In this document: positions 48,287 to 58,485 of the stretch, piece by piece
Numbering within the stretch: the first letter of the stretch is position 1
Layout: each line of letters begins with the position of its first letter
Assembly (NCBI GenBank): GCA_963822965.1
Contig: CAWGJT010000006.1
Location: forward strand, 32,001-96,000
Reading direction: 5' to 3'
DNA: 64,000 bases
From: an uncultured delta proteobacterium
Lineage (GTDB): Bacteria; Myxococcota_A; UBA9160; UBA4427
Translations under genes and position numbers: made by a program
Notes under the pieces: generated by a model
The model's input: only the letters and a program-made list of their open reading frames with translations
What the model was told of the DNA's origin: nothing
The model's database searches: none

Positions 48287-50809
48287 TCAGCCGCTGCCCG
48301 TCCTCGGGTGCAGGCGCGCGTGAATCCGACCCAGGTGCGCGGCCTCGCGGTGCGACCCGTGTCCGAGCAGGAGAACGGCGCCCCGCTTGATCGCTTCGTT
48401 CGCCAGGAACCAGGCGAACGCGTAGCCCCAGACGAGCCCGGCCAGTCGCCACCCGATGGGCTCCATGAACCAGCCGTACACCGCGAAGAAGGTCGCGGCC
48501 ACCTGGGTGAGCTCGGCGGTCCAGAACAGCACCGGCGCGGGCCAGGGGCGTCTCCAGAAGGGCCGATCGATGCTGCGGGTCAGGTAGATGGTCATGTGAC
48601 CGGCGACGGCCAGCTTGAGGAACATCAAGGTCTGCAGGGTCGGGCGATCGAGGTGCAGCACCTCCTCGCCCAGCCAGAACATGCCGAAGCTCGCGAAGAC
48701 CCCGGCGATTCCGAGGACCGTCGCCAGGGAGAGCACCACGTGCATCTTCCAGCGGACCGGACGGGGATCCACCCGGGTGCGATCGTAGGCGATCATCATG
48801 ATCGGACCGTCGTTGAGCAGCGCCAGCAGGATGATCATCACGGCCGTGACGGGATAGAAGTCGAAGATCAGGATCGAGAAGGTCATGAAGAGCAGCACGC
48901 GGATCGTCTCCGCAATGCGGTAGATCGCGTACGCGGTCATGCGCTCGAAGATGCGGCGCGCCTCCTGGATCGCCTCGACGATCACCGAGAGACCGGGCGC
49001 CGTCAGGACGAGATCCGCCGCGCTCCGCGCCGCATCCGTCGCGCCGGCGACTGCGGTGCCGACGTCGGCCTTCTTCAGGGCCGGTGCGTCGTTCACCCCG
49101 TCTCCGGTCATCCCGACGATGTGGCCCAGCCGCTGGAGGGCTTCGACGATCGCGAACTTGTGCTCCGGGAAGACCTGGGCGAAGCCGTCCGCCGCCTCGA
49201 TCGAGCGGTCGTCGAGGGCCCGACCTTCGGGAAACGCATCCTCGGCGGTGACGATGCGGGTGCCGAGGCCGAGCTGTCCGGCGATCTCGCGCGCAATCGC
49301 GACGTGGTCCCCCGTCACCATCTTCACGTGCACACCCATCTCGGCGGCGGCGCGGAGCGTCTCGGCCGAATCCTCCCGCGGCGGGTCCGAGAAGGGCAGG
49401 ATGCCGAGATAGCGCCAGCCCCCCGCTTCGTCGTCCCGCCGGGCGACGCCCAGGGTGCGATAGCCGCGCGACGCCAGGTCCTCCACGGCCCGGGAGACGG
49501 AAGCGCGAACCGCGTCGGCGTCGTCGCACAGCTCGAGAATCGCCTGGGGCGCGCCCTTGGCGACCTCGAAGCGCTTCCCGCCGCGGCGGATCACGGCGTT
49601 GCTGCGCTTGCGCACCGGGTCGAACGGATCGAAGTGCTCGGTCTCGAACTCGCCGAGCGACGCTGCTCCACCCTGCAGCTGCTCGAAGATCGCCCGCTCG
49701 ATCGGGTCCTGCTCGGGGTCTCGCGACGCCAGGGCCGCGGTCTCCACGATCTCGCTCGCGCTCGCTTCGGCGATGGACACGGGCTCGGTCAGGACGAGCC
49801 GGTTCTGGGTGAGGGTTCCGGTCTTGTCGCAGCACAGGACGTCCAGGCCCGCCATCTCCTCGATGGACACCAGCCGGCTCACGATCGCCTGGTGACGGGC
49901 GAGGCGCACGGCACCCACGGCCATCGCGACCGAGAGCACTGCCGGGAGGGCGACCGGGATCGACGCGACGGTCAGGACCAGGGCGAACTGCACGGTCTCG
50001 AGGAAGGGTGTGTGGCGGAACAGCGCGACGAGGAGCACCAGGCTCACGAGCCCGACCGAGAGCAGGATCAGGAAATGGCCAACCTGGAGCACCGCTTTCT
50101 GGTAGTGGCTCTCGGTTCGGGCTTCTTCGACCAGGCGCGCGGTGCGGCCGAAGTAGCTGTGCATGCCCGTCGCAACGACCAGCGCGTCCATCTCGCCCCG
50201 CTGGACCACCGATCCCGAGAACGCGACGTCGTCGACGTGCTTCGTCACCGGCAGGGATTCCCCGGTGAGGGCCGACTGGTCGATCTCGACCTGGTCGCCG
50301 CCCAGGAGCTTCAGGTCGGCCGGCACCACGTCGCCCAGCCGGACGTGAACGACGTCGCCGGGGACGAGGTCGCTCGCGGGACGGCGCTCCCAAGCGCCGT
50401 CTCGGCGAACCCTTGCCATCAACGCCAGGCGCTGCTTCAGGAGGGCTATGGCGTTGTCGGCCTTGCTCTCCTCCCAGAAGCCGATGGCGGCATTGACCCC
50501 CAACAATGTCAGGATGATCGAGAGCTCGGGCCATTCCCGGACCACCGCCGAGAGGGCGGCGGCGACCTCGATCATCCACGGAATCGGTCCCCAGAAGTAG
50601 CCCAGGAGCTTGAGAAGCGGGTGGACGCGCTTCTCCTCCAGGGCGTTCGGCCCGTACCGCTCGAGGCGCCGCGCGGCCTCGGCATTCGACAGGCCCTCAC
50701 CGGTGGTGGAGAGCTGCTCGAGGACCTTTGCCGAGGGGACGTCCTCGATGGCCCGGACGTCCACCGGCGTCGGCGCGGTGCCCTTCGTCGGAATCTGCGC
50801 CTCACTCAC
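48287..50809 (-). CDS. Plasma-membrane proton-efflux P-type ATPase (type IIIA)
   Basis: FWGPIPWMIE, SALTGES, ASIPVALP, DKTGTLT, KGAP, TGDGVNDAPALKKAD, ALLNDGPI. Confidence 0.93.
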   Translation of the reverse strand: MSEAQIPTKGTAPTPVDVRAIEDVPSAKVLEQLSTTGEGLSNAEAARRLERYGPNALEEKRVHPLLKLLGYFWGPIPWMIEVAAALSAVVREWPELSIILTLLGVNAAIGFWEESKADNAIALLKQRLALMARVRRDGAWERRPASDLVPGDVVHVRLGDVVPADLKLLGGDQVEIDQSALTGESLPVTKHVDDVAFSGSVVQRGEMDALVVATGMHSYFGRTARLVEEARTESHYQKAVLQVGHFLILLSVGLVSLVLLVALFRHTPFLETVQFALVLTVASIPVALPAVLSVAMAVGAVRLARHQAIVSRLVSIEEMAGLDVLCCDKTGTLTQNRLVLTEPVSIAEASASEIVETAALASRDPEQDPIERAIFEQLQGGAASLGEFETEHFDPFDPVRKRSNAVIRRGGKRFEVAKGAPQAILELCDDADAVRASVSRAVEDLASRGYRTLGVARRDDEAGGWRYLGILPFSDPPREDSAETLRAAAEMGVHVKMVTGDHVAIAREIAGQLGLGTRIVTAEDAFPEGRALDDRSIEAADGFAQVFPEHKFAIVEALQRLGHIVGMTGDGVNDAPALKKADVGTAVAGATDAARSAADLVLTAPGLSVIVEAIQEARRIFERMTAYAIYRIAETIRVLLFMTFSILIFDFYPVTAVMIILLALLNDGPIMMIAYDRTRVDPRPVRWKMHVVLSLATVLGIAGVFASFGMFWLGEEVLHLDRPTLQTLMFLKLAVAGHMTIYLTRSIDRPFWRRPWPAPVLFWTAELTQVAATFFAVYGWFMEPIGWRLAGLVWGYAFAWFLANEAIKRGAVLLLGHGSHREAAHLGRIHARLHPRTGSG

Positions 50810-51061
50810 GCCAGCTCTCCTCGTTTGTGCAAAGGGGCTCCCGCTCGCCGGAGTCCGTGTCTCGCGCGACCCGGAATCCCGAGCGGGAGCCTGGTTCGGG
50901 CAGCCCTTTCGCGGGGATGCAAGCCCGAGGCCAAGGGCCACGCCCGAAAATCCGGGCGCGCACGACCGCTCACGGCCCTCGAGGGCACGTGCCTGGGGTG
51001 TTCTGCCACTGCGGTGGGCACCGTCCCGGGTCTGGGGTCTCGTCCGGCCGTGCGCGCCGCA

Positions 51062-53029
51062 TCAGCGTTCCGAGCGCGGACGCCGGGCCCGCCGCCCCCG
51101 GGTGCGGGCAGGCCGGCGATAGCCGGGCGCCTGCGCGGCGGCCGGCACCTCGCGACCGGCACGCTCCCGCCGTGCCGCGATCGCATCGCGCGGCGGACGC
51201 GACCCGATGAGACACGACTCGTCCTCTCCGATCAGGTCCTCGCGACCGGCCCCTTCGAGCGCCTTGCGCACGGTGAAGTAGTTCTCTGGCGCGAAGAACT
51301 GCAGAAGCGCCCGCTGCACCTCGCGGTCGCGCAGGCGCTTCACCGTCTTCACGGGCTTCATCGTGAACGGATCGAGCCCCGTGTGGTGGATGCACGTGGC
51401 GACGTCCATCGGTGCCGGAATGAAGTCCTGCACCTGTCGCGGCCGGTAGCCGTGCTGCTTGAGGAAGATCGCGAGCTCGATCATCTCCTCCACGCCGCTG
51501 CCCGGATGGCTGGCGATGAAGTACGGCACCAGGTACTGCTCCTTGCCGGCGCGGCGCGAGGCGGCCTCGAAGCCCTCGGCGAAGCGCTCGAAGCTCGCGG
51601 TCCCCGGCTTCTTCATCACGCGCAGCACCTCTTCGCTGGCGTGCTCGGGCGCCACCTTGAGGTGTCCGCCCACGTGGTAGCGGGCCAGCTCGTCGAGATA
51701 CTCGTCTTCGCCGGCGGCGAGGTCCATGCGGATGCCCGAGGCCACGTGCACCTGCTTCACTCCCGGCACGGCGCGGCTCGCGCGCATCAGCTCGAGCAGC
51801 GGCCCGTGATCGGTCTCGAGCAGGCGGCAGACCTTCGGATGCACGCACGACGGCCGGCGACACACCGCCTCCACCGCCGGCGCGCCGCAACGCATGCGGT
51901 ACATGTTCGCCGTGGGGCCACCGAGGTCGCTCACGTGTCCCTTGAAGTCGGGCCGGCTCGCCACGGCCTTCACCTCGCGCAGCACCGACTCGTGGCTGCG
52001 GCTCTGGATCGCCCGCCCCTGGTGCATGGTGATGGAGCAGAACGTGCAGCCCCCGAAGCAGCCCCGCATGATCTGCACCGAGTCCTTGATGGTCTGCCAC
52101 GCCGGAATGGCCTCTCCCTCGGCGGCATAGCGCGGGTGGGGCTCCCGCGTGTAGGGCAGCTCGTGCAGGGCGTCGAGGGTCTCCGTGTCCAGGGGCAGTC
52201 GCGGTGGGTTGAGGACGACGCGACGGTCGCCGTGGGGCTGCACCAACCGCCGCGCGTTGTGGGGATTGGTCTCTTCGTGGAAGCGCCGGGTCATGCGCGC
52301 GAAGGCCGTGAGATCGCCCGAGATCTCCTCGAAGGACGGAAGCTCGAGGGTGCGGCCGTCTCCCGCCGACGCGAAGTCGTGCTCGGGCAGGGTCTCGTTG
52401 CGACCGAGCAGGTAAGCCACGCCCCGCATGTCGCGCAGGTCGCGCACCGTCTCGCCGGCGTCGAGCCGGGTGGCGATCTCGAGCGCCGCCGCCTCGCCCA
52501 TGCCGAACACGAGCAGGTCGACCTTCGAGGGAGCCAGGATGCTCGGGTGCACCTTGTCGGACCAGTAGTCGAAGTGCGCGATCCGCCGCAGGGAGGCCTC
52601 CACGCCCCCCGCCACCACGGGAACGCCCTTGAAGGCCTCCCGGCAGCGCTGGGCGTAGACGGCGGTCGGCCGATCCGGTCGCAGGCCGATGCGCCCGCCC
52701 GGCGAGTAGGCGTCGGCGTTGCGCCGCTTCCGGTTCGCCGTGTAGTGGTTGATCATCGAGTCCATGTTGCCGGCGCTCACGCCGTAGAAGAGGCGCGGCG
52801 CACCGAGGGCGCGCCAGGGGTCGGCGCTGCGCCAGTCGGGCTGGGAGAGGATCACCACCCGGAAGCCGTGCCGGCCGAGCCAGCGCGCCAGGATCGCCGC
52901 GGCGAACGACGGGTGATCGACCACCGCGTCGCCGGAAACGAGCACCACGTCGGCCTGCTCCCAGCCGAGGGCGTCCATCTCCTCGCGACTGGTCACGAGC
53001 GTGGGCGGCATGGCCGGGTGGGCGCTCAT
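51062..53029 (-). CDS. YgiQ-family radical SAM protein (UPF0313)
   Basis: [56 protein letters not shown]. Confidence 0.95.
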   Translation of the reverse strand: MSAHPAMPPTLVTSREEMDALGWEQADVVLVSGDAVVDHPSFAAAILARWLGRHGFRVVILSQPDWRSADPWRALGAPRLFYGVSAGNMDSMINHYTANRKRRNADAYSPGGRIGLRPDRPTAVYAQRCREAFKGVPVVAGGVEASLRRIAHFDYWSDKVHPSILAPSKVDLLVFGMGEAAALEIATRLDAGETVRDLRDMRGVAYLLGRNETLPEHDFASAGDGRTLELPSFEEISGDLTAFARMTRRFHEETNPHNARRLVQPHGDRRVVLNPPRLPLDTETLDALHELPYTREPHPRYAAEGEAIPAWQTIKDSVQIMRGCFGGCTFCSITMHQGRAIQSRSHESVLREVKAVASRPDFKGHVSDLGGPTANMYRMRCGAPAVEAVCRRPSCVHPKVCRLLETDHGPLLELMRASRAVPGVKQVHVASGIRMDLAAGEDEYLDELARYHVGGHLKVAPEHASEEVLRVMKKPGTASFERFAEGFEAASRRAGKEQYLVPYFIASHPGSGVEEMIELAIFLKQHGYRPRQVQDFIPAPMDVATCIHHTGLDPFTMKPVKTVKRLRDREVQRALLQFFAPENYFTVRKALEGAGREDLIGEDESCLIGSRPPRDAIAARRERAGREVPAAAQAPGYRRPARTRGRRARRPRSER

Positions 53030-53031
53030 GG

Positions 53032-55164
53032 CTAGCGACCGAGCAGGCCCTTCATCGCGTCGAGCACCTTCTTGCCCTCCTTGCCGGTCTTCTCGCCGAG
53101 GGCGTCCATTGCGCGCTCCGTGACGTCTGCCGTCGAGCCCCGCTCCTGCATCTCCTTTCGATACTCGGCCAGCAGATTGCGACAGCCGACGGGGCGCACC
53201 TTCGGCGTGCTCTCCTTCCTCTTCTTCTTGTCGAGCAGGCCCGCGCCCAGGTCGAGGGCGCGCGTGGCGAGCGCCGCGGCGTCGACGCCCGCCTTGGGCT
53301 CGGCGAGGGTTCCCTTCACGGTGAAGGGCGGCAGGGCGTCCGCGACGCTCACCGACAGGGCCTGGCGGTCGAACTTGAGCTTCAGCTTCTCCTCGCGCAG
53401 GTCCACCTTGCCCTCGCCGAAGAGCGCGACCGCCGACAGGTCGACCACGAGGCCGTCGGGCCGCGCCACCCCGTCGCGCACGGCGAAGTCCGCGTAGGCG
53501 CAGCTCACCTGGGCCTGCTTCGACACCGGCTCGGCGCGCAGCAGGGAGCTCGCGTCGGCGAGCACCAGCGCGGCCGTGTCGTGCGCGAGGGTCGCCGTCC
53601 CCATCTCCAGCAGGAGACTGCCGTTCAGGCTCGCCATGATGTCGCGCACCGAGGCGCCGCGGCCGGTGAGGTCGACGGCGAGGTCCAGCGGGCCGCCCGT
53701 CAGCATGTCGTTGCCCTGGGAGGCGAGCAGCTTGCCCAGCTCGACGCCGTGGGCCTGGGCCCGGGCCACCAGGGGCGGCGGCTTCTTCGACGCGTCGAGC
53801 GTCACCGCCAGGTCGAGGTGGCCGCCGGCGACGTCGGCCGCCAGCTTCTTCAGCTGCAGGTTGCGATCGTCGAGCTTCAGGTCGAGATCGAAGCCCGTGA
53901 GCAGCAGCGACCCGAGGTCGATCTCCTTCGACTGCAGCCGCAGCACGGCGTCCGCCGCGGCGAGCCCTTCGAGGGGCAGCGGGTCGGCGGAGAAGAGGCG
54001 CTTCTGCGAGCCGGTGGCGCCGCCCTCGGCGGGCGCGGATCCCGCCGCGGCCGGAGCCGACGAGCCCTTCGCTGTCTCGGCGGAAGTCTTCGCGCCCGCG
54101 TCCTGGAAGTCGGCCAGGGCGATGTGGGGCGAGGTGAGGCGTGCGTCGAGCCGCGGTCGGGCCCCCCCGAGCTTGACGTCCACCGTGCCCGTGAGCGAGG
54201 TCGAGCCCATCCGCAGGACCAGGTCGCGAATCGCGTAGGCCTGACCGCCGCCCGTGAGCTTCATCTCGAGCCCGTAGGGCCCGAGGTCCGGCAGCTCGCC
54301 ACCCGTGAGTGCGCCCAGGGCGGCCAGGTGCTCGCCCGAGACCTTCACGCCCAGGTCGAGATTGCCGCCCTCGAGCGGCTTGCCCACCTTGCCGTCCACG
54401 CCGATCTTCGCGCCGCCCGCCTGGGCGGCGAGATTGACGCCGAGCGGGGCACCGGCCATCACGTCGGACACGCCGTCGAGGGTGCCCGTCACCTCGATGG
54501 GCGCGTCGCCGTAGTGAGCCGACAGATCGAGCTGCAGCGGGGCGCCCTCACCTTCCATGAGGGTGACCAGCCGCTCGATGGCGATGCGCTGCGAGGACCC
54601 GGTGCGCGCGTCGCGGATCACCACGACCGCGTTCTCGATCTCGGCGCGCCGCACCAGCGCCGTGTAGGGCTTCGACGCCTCCCCGCCCTTCCCTTCCGGC
54701 CCTTCGGGAGCGGGTGGGCTCGTGGCGGGCTTCTTCTCCTCGGGCGGGGCCCCTTCCGGGGGCTTCGGGGGCGTGAACTCCCAGTTCGGCACGCCCTTGG
54801 CGTTGGTCTCGAGGAGCAGATCCAGCCCCCGGAGCTCCACCCGGTCCACCACCACGTTGCCGAACAGCAGGGGCAGCAGCTCGAGGCGCACCACGAAGCG
54901 ATCGACGGTCGCCATCTGGGGCCGGGAGCCCCAGGCGGCGTTCTGGAAGCCGATCCCCGCCACGGAGACGCCCGGCTTCAGGCCAATCTCGAGGTCGATG
55001 TCGCCGCTCAGGTCGAGCCGGCGCCCGGTGGCGTCGTAGGCCGCCTGGGCGATGGGCTCCTTGTACTGGTTCCAGTCGATCCGCTGGAGGGCCACCCAGC
55101 CGGCGACGGCCGCCAGGACCAGCAGAAGCACCAGAACGCCGAGGACGATGGCTACGCGCCGCAT
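53032..55164 (-). CDS. AsmA-family protein
   Basis: N-terminal [35 protein letters not shown]-terminal GEGKVDL..E.L. Confidence 0.88.
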   Translation of the reverse strand: MRRVAIVLGVLVLLLVLAAVAGWVALQRIDWNQYKEPIAQAAYDATGRRLDLSGDIDLEIGLKPGVSVAGIGFQNAAWGSRPQMATVDRFVVRLELLPLLFGNVVVDRVELRGLDLLLETNAKGVPNWEFTPPKPPEGAPPEEKKPATSPPAPEGPEGKGGEASKPYTALVRRAEIENAVVVIRDARTGSSQRIAIERLVTLMEGEGAPLQLDLSAHYGDAPIEVTGTLDGVSDVMAGAPLGVNLAAQAGGAKIGVDGKVGKPLEGGNLDLGVKVSGEHLAALGALTGGELPDLGPYGLEMKLTGGGQAYAIRDLVLRMGSTSLTGTVDVKLGGARPRLDARLTSPHIALADFQDAGAKTSAETAKGSSAPAAAGSAPAEGGATGSQKRLFSADPLPLEGLAAADAVLRLQSKEIDLGSLLLTGFDLDLKLDDRNLQLKKLAADVAGGHLDLAVTLDASKKPPPLVARAQAHGVELGKLLASQGNDMLTGGPLDLAVDLTGRGASVRDIMASLNGSLLLEMGTATLAHDTAALVLADASSLLRAEPVSKQAQVSCAYADFAVRDGVARPDGLVVDLSAVALFGEGKVDLREEKLKLKFDRQALSVSVADALPPFTVKGTLAEPKAGVDAAALATRALDLGAGLLDKKKRKESTPKVRPVGCRNLLAEYRKEMQERGSTADVTERAMDALGEKTGKEGKKVLDAMKGLLGR

Positions 55165-55370
55165 GCTCTCACTCCCATGGGCAAGAAGGATGCAACAACC
55201 CCCGGCGCGCTCCAATTCGTGCACCCTCCCGCCCACCTGCGCCGCCCGCGCGCCTCAAACCCAGGCGCCCGCTGGCCGAAGAAGTGTGAGGAGCATCGCC
55301 AAGCAGGGAGCCCGCACGTTCGATGCGCAAGGAGTTGCCGGACCACACCCGGAGAGGAGGAGCCATCTCG

Positions 55371-55829
55371 ATGCTCCAGGGGGGACCCCTCCACGGCAGA
55401 TCCACGGCGACGGCGCTCCTGCTCGCGTGCACGCTGTCGCTCGCCGGGCCGGTGCGCGCCGAGCCGCGCCTGCCCCCCCCGGACACACCCCCGAACCAGA
55501 CTGCCCTGGACGAGTCGCTCGGAGAGATCGAGGCGCTCGTGCTCGAAGCCCACTTCGCCACGGCCCTCGGCGTCGCCGAGACCACCCGCAGCTGGGCGGA
55601 CGAGCTTCCGTCGAGCCCCGAGGTGCGCGAGGCGCGGGCCCGGCTGAACGTGCTGATGTCCACCGCGCAGATCGCGCTCGGCGACGAGGCGGCGGCGCGC
55701 GAGAGCATGGAGCGCGCCCTGGCCGTGTGGCCGCTGCTCGTGCTCGACGAGCGCACCACGTCGCCGCGGGTGGTCCGACTGCTGCGGGAGCTGCAGGCCT
55801 CGCGCCGGGCCGCGAGGAAAGCGTCGTGA
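55371..55829 (+). CDS. Secreted helical hypothetical protein (TPR-like)
   Basis: GAGGAGG SD; signal peptide ending VRA-EP; AQIALGDEAAARESMERAL..TSPRV. Confidence 0.7.
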   Translation: MLQGGPLHGRSTATALLLACTLSLAGPVRAEPRLPPPDTPPNQTALDESLGEIEALVLEAHFATALGVAETTRSWADELPSSPEVREARARLNVLMSTAQIALGDEAAARESMERALAVWPLLVLDERTTSPRVVRLLRELQASRRAARKAS

Positions 55830-57160
55830 GCGGCAACCCCCTCCTCGACGACGATCTCGGCGGCGAGCGCTCGGTGGCGGTCCGCAAGCTGCTGGTCGAG
55901 GCCCGCCGGGCCCTCGAGTTCGACCGCGCCCACGTGGTGCTCGTGGGCGACCGCGCGACCACGCGCGAGCTGCCGCGGCTGCTGGCCGACGAGCTGCAGG
56001 GCGAGATCGAGAGCGTCGTCGTCCGCCTGGCCGGCCGGGAGGACACGGTCACCGACTGCGTCGCCGAGGCGATCCGCGACGCGCGCCGGCAGGCGCCGGA
56101 CGGAGCCGAGGGCGAGCTCGATCCGACCGCGCCGCGACGCGCGCGCATGGCGCTGCTGCTGCCCGACGCCCTGTCGATTCCGTCCGCCTCCCTGCGCGCG
56201 TTGAACGAGATGGCCACCCGTTCCGGCATGACCGAGCGCCTGGTGCTCTTCGTCGATCGCGACGACACGCCCCTGGACGACCCCGCCCGGGAGCTCGTCG
56301 CACGCGTCGGCGTCGGCATGTCGAAGATCGAGCTCGAGCCCGCGTCCTTCTCCCGCGAGCCGCCCCGCGTGATCCGCCCCGAAGAGCCCGACGCCCAGGC
56401 GGCTCCCGTCGCCGGAGTGCCCACGGTCCCGAGCGATGGCCGCACGCGTCGCGTGCGGCCCGTGCGGGTGCGATCGCGCCGCCGGCCCGGCAGCGGCCAT
56501 CCCATTCTCTGGATCCTCACCACGGCGCTGCTCGGCGGCACCGCCCTGTTCCTGACCGCGCCGGGCATCGTGCGTCACGTGGTGCTGCCCTCCCTCTCCG
56601 AAGGGATCACGATGCCGTCGCTCGCTCCGGATGCTGTTGAGCTCGGAGCAGCCGGAGGCACGGCCGAGCCCGGCGCAGTCGCCGACGCGGAAGGCCCCGA
56701 GCTGCCGCCCGTGGGCGTCCCCACCGCGACCCCCGCCCGGAGGCCCAGCGCGGCCCGCCAGGCGGTCCTCGCCGCGACGGCCGACCCCGGGCAGTCCCTG
56801 GCACACGGCGTGATCGTGAGCGCCGACGTTCCGACCATGCCCGACGCCGCGGATCCGGGCGCGGACGATCCGGACGACGCGAGCCCCGAAGCCAACCACG
56901 TGGCCCTGGCCCCCGTTCCCGTGCCCTCGGCCGCGGCCCCGCCGCCCGCGGAGCCCGAGCCCGCTCCGATCATCGTGAGCTTCAACGCCGCGCCCTGGGC
57001 CGACCTCGAGATCGACGGCCGCGACGTCGGCCCGACACCCATCGGCGACCTCTCCCTCACCCCGGGCCGGCACCACCTGCGCGCCACGTTCCCCGACGGC
57101 CGCGTCGTCGAGCGAAGCCTCCGGATCGATTCGCTCCAGAACCGCTTCCGCATCGAGTGA
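55826..57160 (+). CDS. Membrane-anchored hypothetical protein with C-terminal PEGA-like domain
   Basis: GTG overlaps the upstream stop; one TM; Pro/Ala-rich linker; NAAPWADLEIDGRDVGPTPI..LTPGRHHL. Confidence 0.75.
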   Translation: MSGNPLLDDDLGGERSVAVRKLLVEARRALEFDRAHVVLVGDRATTRELPRLLADELQGEIESVVVRLAGREDTVTDCVAEAIRDARRQAPDGAEGELDPTAPRRARMALLLPDALSIPSASLRALNEMATRSGMTERLVLFVDRDDTPLDDPARELVARVGVGMSKIELEPASFSREPPRVIRPEEPDAQAAPVAGVPTVPSDGRTRRVRPVRVRSRRRPGSGHPILWILTTALLGGTALFLTAPGIVRHVVLPSLSEGITMPSLAPDAVELGAAGGTAEPGAVADAEGPELPPVGVPTATPARRPSAARQAVLAATADPGQSLAHGVIVSADVPTMPDAADPGADDPDDASPEANHVALAPVPVPSAAAPPPAEPEPAPIIVSFNAAPWADLEIDGRDVGPTPIGDLSLTPGRHHLRATFPDGRVVERSLRIDSLQNRFRIE

Positions 57161-57302
57161 TCGGCGGGCGGACGCGAGGCGACGGCAGCCCGCGCGCGGC
57201 CCGTCCCTCCGGTGGTGCCCCGGGAGCGCGACCCCACCGGCCGGGGCGCGGCGGTAGCCGGCGCGTCTCTCGGATCGACGGACAGTGGGCGGCAGAGGGA
57301 AG

Positions 57303-57379
57303 TGGTGACCCAGGCAGAATTCGAATCTGCGACCTTCGGCTTCGGAGGCCGACGCTCTATCCAGCTGAGCTACTGGGCC
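57303..57379 (-). tRNA. tRNA-Arg (anticodon CCG)
   Basis: GGCCCAGTAGCTCAGCTGGATAGAGCGTCGGCCTCCGAAGCCGAAGGTCGCAGATTCGAATTCTGCCTGGGTCACCA, full cloverleaf with CCA. Confidence 0.97.
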
Positions 57380-57508
57380 ACGGAGGCGCTTGCTACAGCG
57401 CGGGCGCGGACGGTACCACCCCCGCCCGCCGGGTGCCGCCCCGATAGCGGGACGCTCGCGCGACCGCTCGTCGTCGCGGCGGGTCGGGCGCGACGCGGGA
57501 TGAAAGAC

Positions 57509-57585
57509 TGGTGGGACGTAGAGGACTTGAACCTCCGACCCCCGCGGTGTGAGCACGGTGCTCTAGCCAACTGAGCTAACGTCCC
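57509..57585 (-). tRNA. tRNA-Val (anticodon CAC)
   Basis: GGGACGTTAGCTCAGTTGGCTAGAGCACCGTGCTCACACCGCGGGGGTCGGAGGTTCAAGTCCTCTACGTCCCACCA. Confidence 0.97.
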
Positions 57586-57669
57586 AGGACGGCGGAGTTT
57601 TCGCCATCCGGGGCCGGATTTCAAGGTCGCATTCGTACCGGCGCACCCGGGACCCCCCTTGTCGCCCCG

Positions 57670-58476
57670 ATGGCCCGGAAGATGCCCCCGAAGAAGAGCT
57701 CGAAGAGCGCCGACAGCGACTGGGAGGGGGCCGCCCGCAGCTTCCTGGTGCCGTGGCAGGCGCGACGGGCGTTCGCCGGAGCGCTGGCGTGCGGCAGCTA
57801 CGTGACCGGCCACCCCACCCCCCACTCGGACGTGGACGTGCAGATCCTGCTGGCACCCGGCACCCGCTGGCGCGAGCGCGGCAACCGCATCGTGAACGGC
57901 TTCCTGGTGGAGTACTTCGCGAATCCACCGGAGCAGCTGCACCGCTACTTCGCCGACGACCACCGCCGCAACCGCCGGGTGACCGCCACCATGTTCTGCA
58001 CGGGACGGGTGCTGGTGGATCCGGGGGGCGACCTGGCACGCATGATTCGCGAGGCGCGGCGCTGGCATCGCAGGCCCCTGCCCCGCACCACCCGCGCCTG
58101 GCGCGAGCACACGCTCTACGCGATCTGGGACGTGATCGACAACGCCATGGACGCTGCCGAGCGCGGGGCGCCCGATCTGGCCTTCCAGTACCACCACGCC
58201 GTCTACGCACTCTACGAGGACTATGCGCGCTTCCTGCGCCAGCCCGTCCTACAGGTGTACCGGCTGCTCGGGGTGTACGGTCCGGGCGGACGGCCGGAGA
58301 AGATCCTCGCCGAGCCGTTCCCGGACCCGGCGTTCGTGCGCCTGCTGATGGGGGCCCTTCGCGAGACCGACCCGAAGCGCATGCCGGCCCGTCTCCGGCG
58401 ACTCGCCGGGCACGTCACCCGTGCCCTGGGTGGGTTCGAGATCGACGGCTGGCGGCTGCGCACCCCGGTCGAGTGA
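57670..58476 (+). CDS. Nucleotidyltransferase-domain protein
   Basis: ALACGSYVTGHPTPHSDVDV (GS..DxD), ERGN..VEYFANP, helical C-terminal domain. Confidence 0.85.
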   Translation: MARKMPPKKSSKSADSDWEGAARSFLVPWQARRAFAGALACGSYVTGHPTPHSDVDVQILLAPGTRWRERGNRIVNGFLVEYFANPPEQLHRYFADDHRRNRRVTATMFCTGRVLVDPGGDLARMIREARRWHRRPLPRTTRAWREHTLYAIWDVIDNAMDAAERGAPDLAFQYHHAVYALYEDYARFLRQPVLQVYRLLGVYGPGGRPEKILAEPFPDPAFVRLLMGALRETDPKRMPARLRRLAGHVTRALGGFEIDGWRLRTPVE

Positions 58477-58485
58477 CGGCTCGCG

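Noticed and set aside
46844..53035. 2063-aa plus-strand ORF and other very long track ORFs (29672-33742 upstream part, 35952-39416, 41454-44762, 47217-50579)
   Set aside because: Shadow frames of real genes in high-GC DNA; Arg/Pro/Gly-rich with no recognisable domains.
57303..57585. Genomic island integrated at the tRNAs
   Set aside because: No adjacent integrase and no convincing duplicated tRNA 3' end seen in the window.
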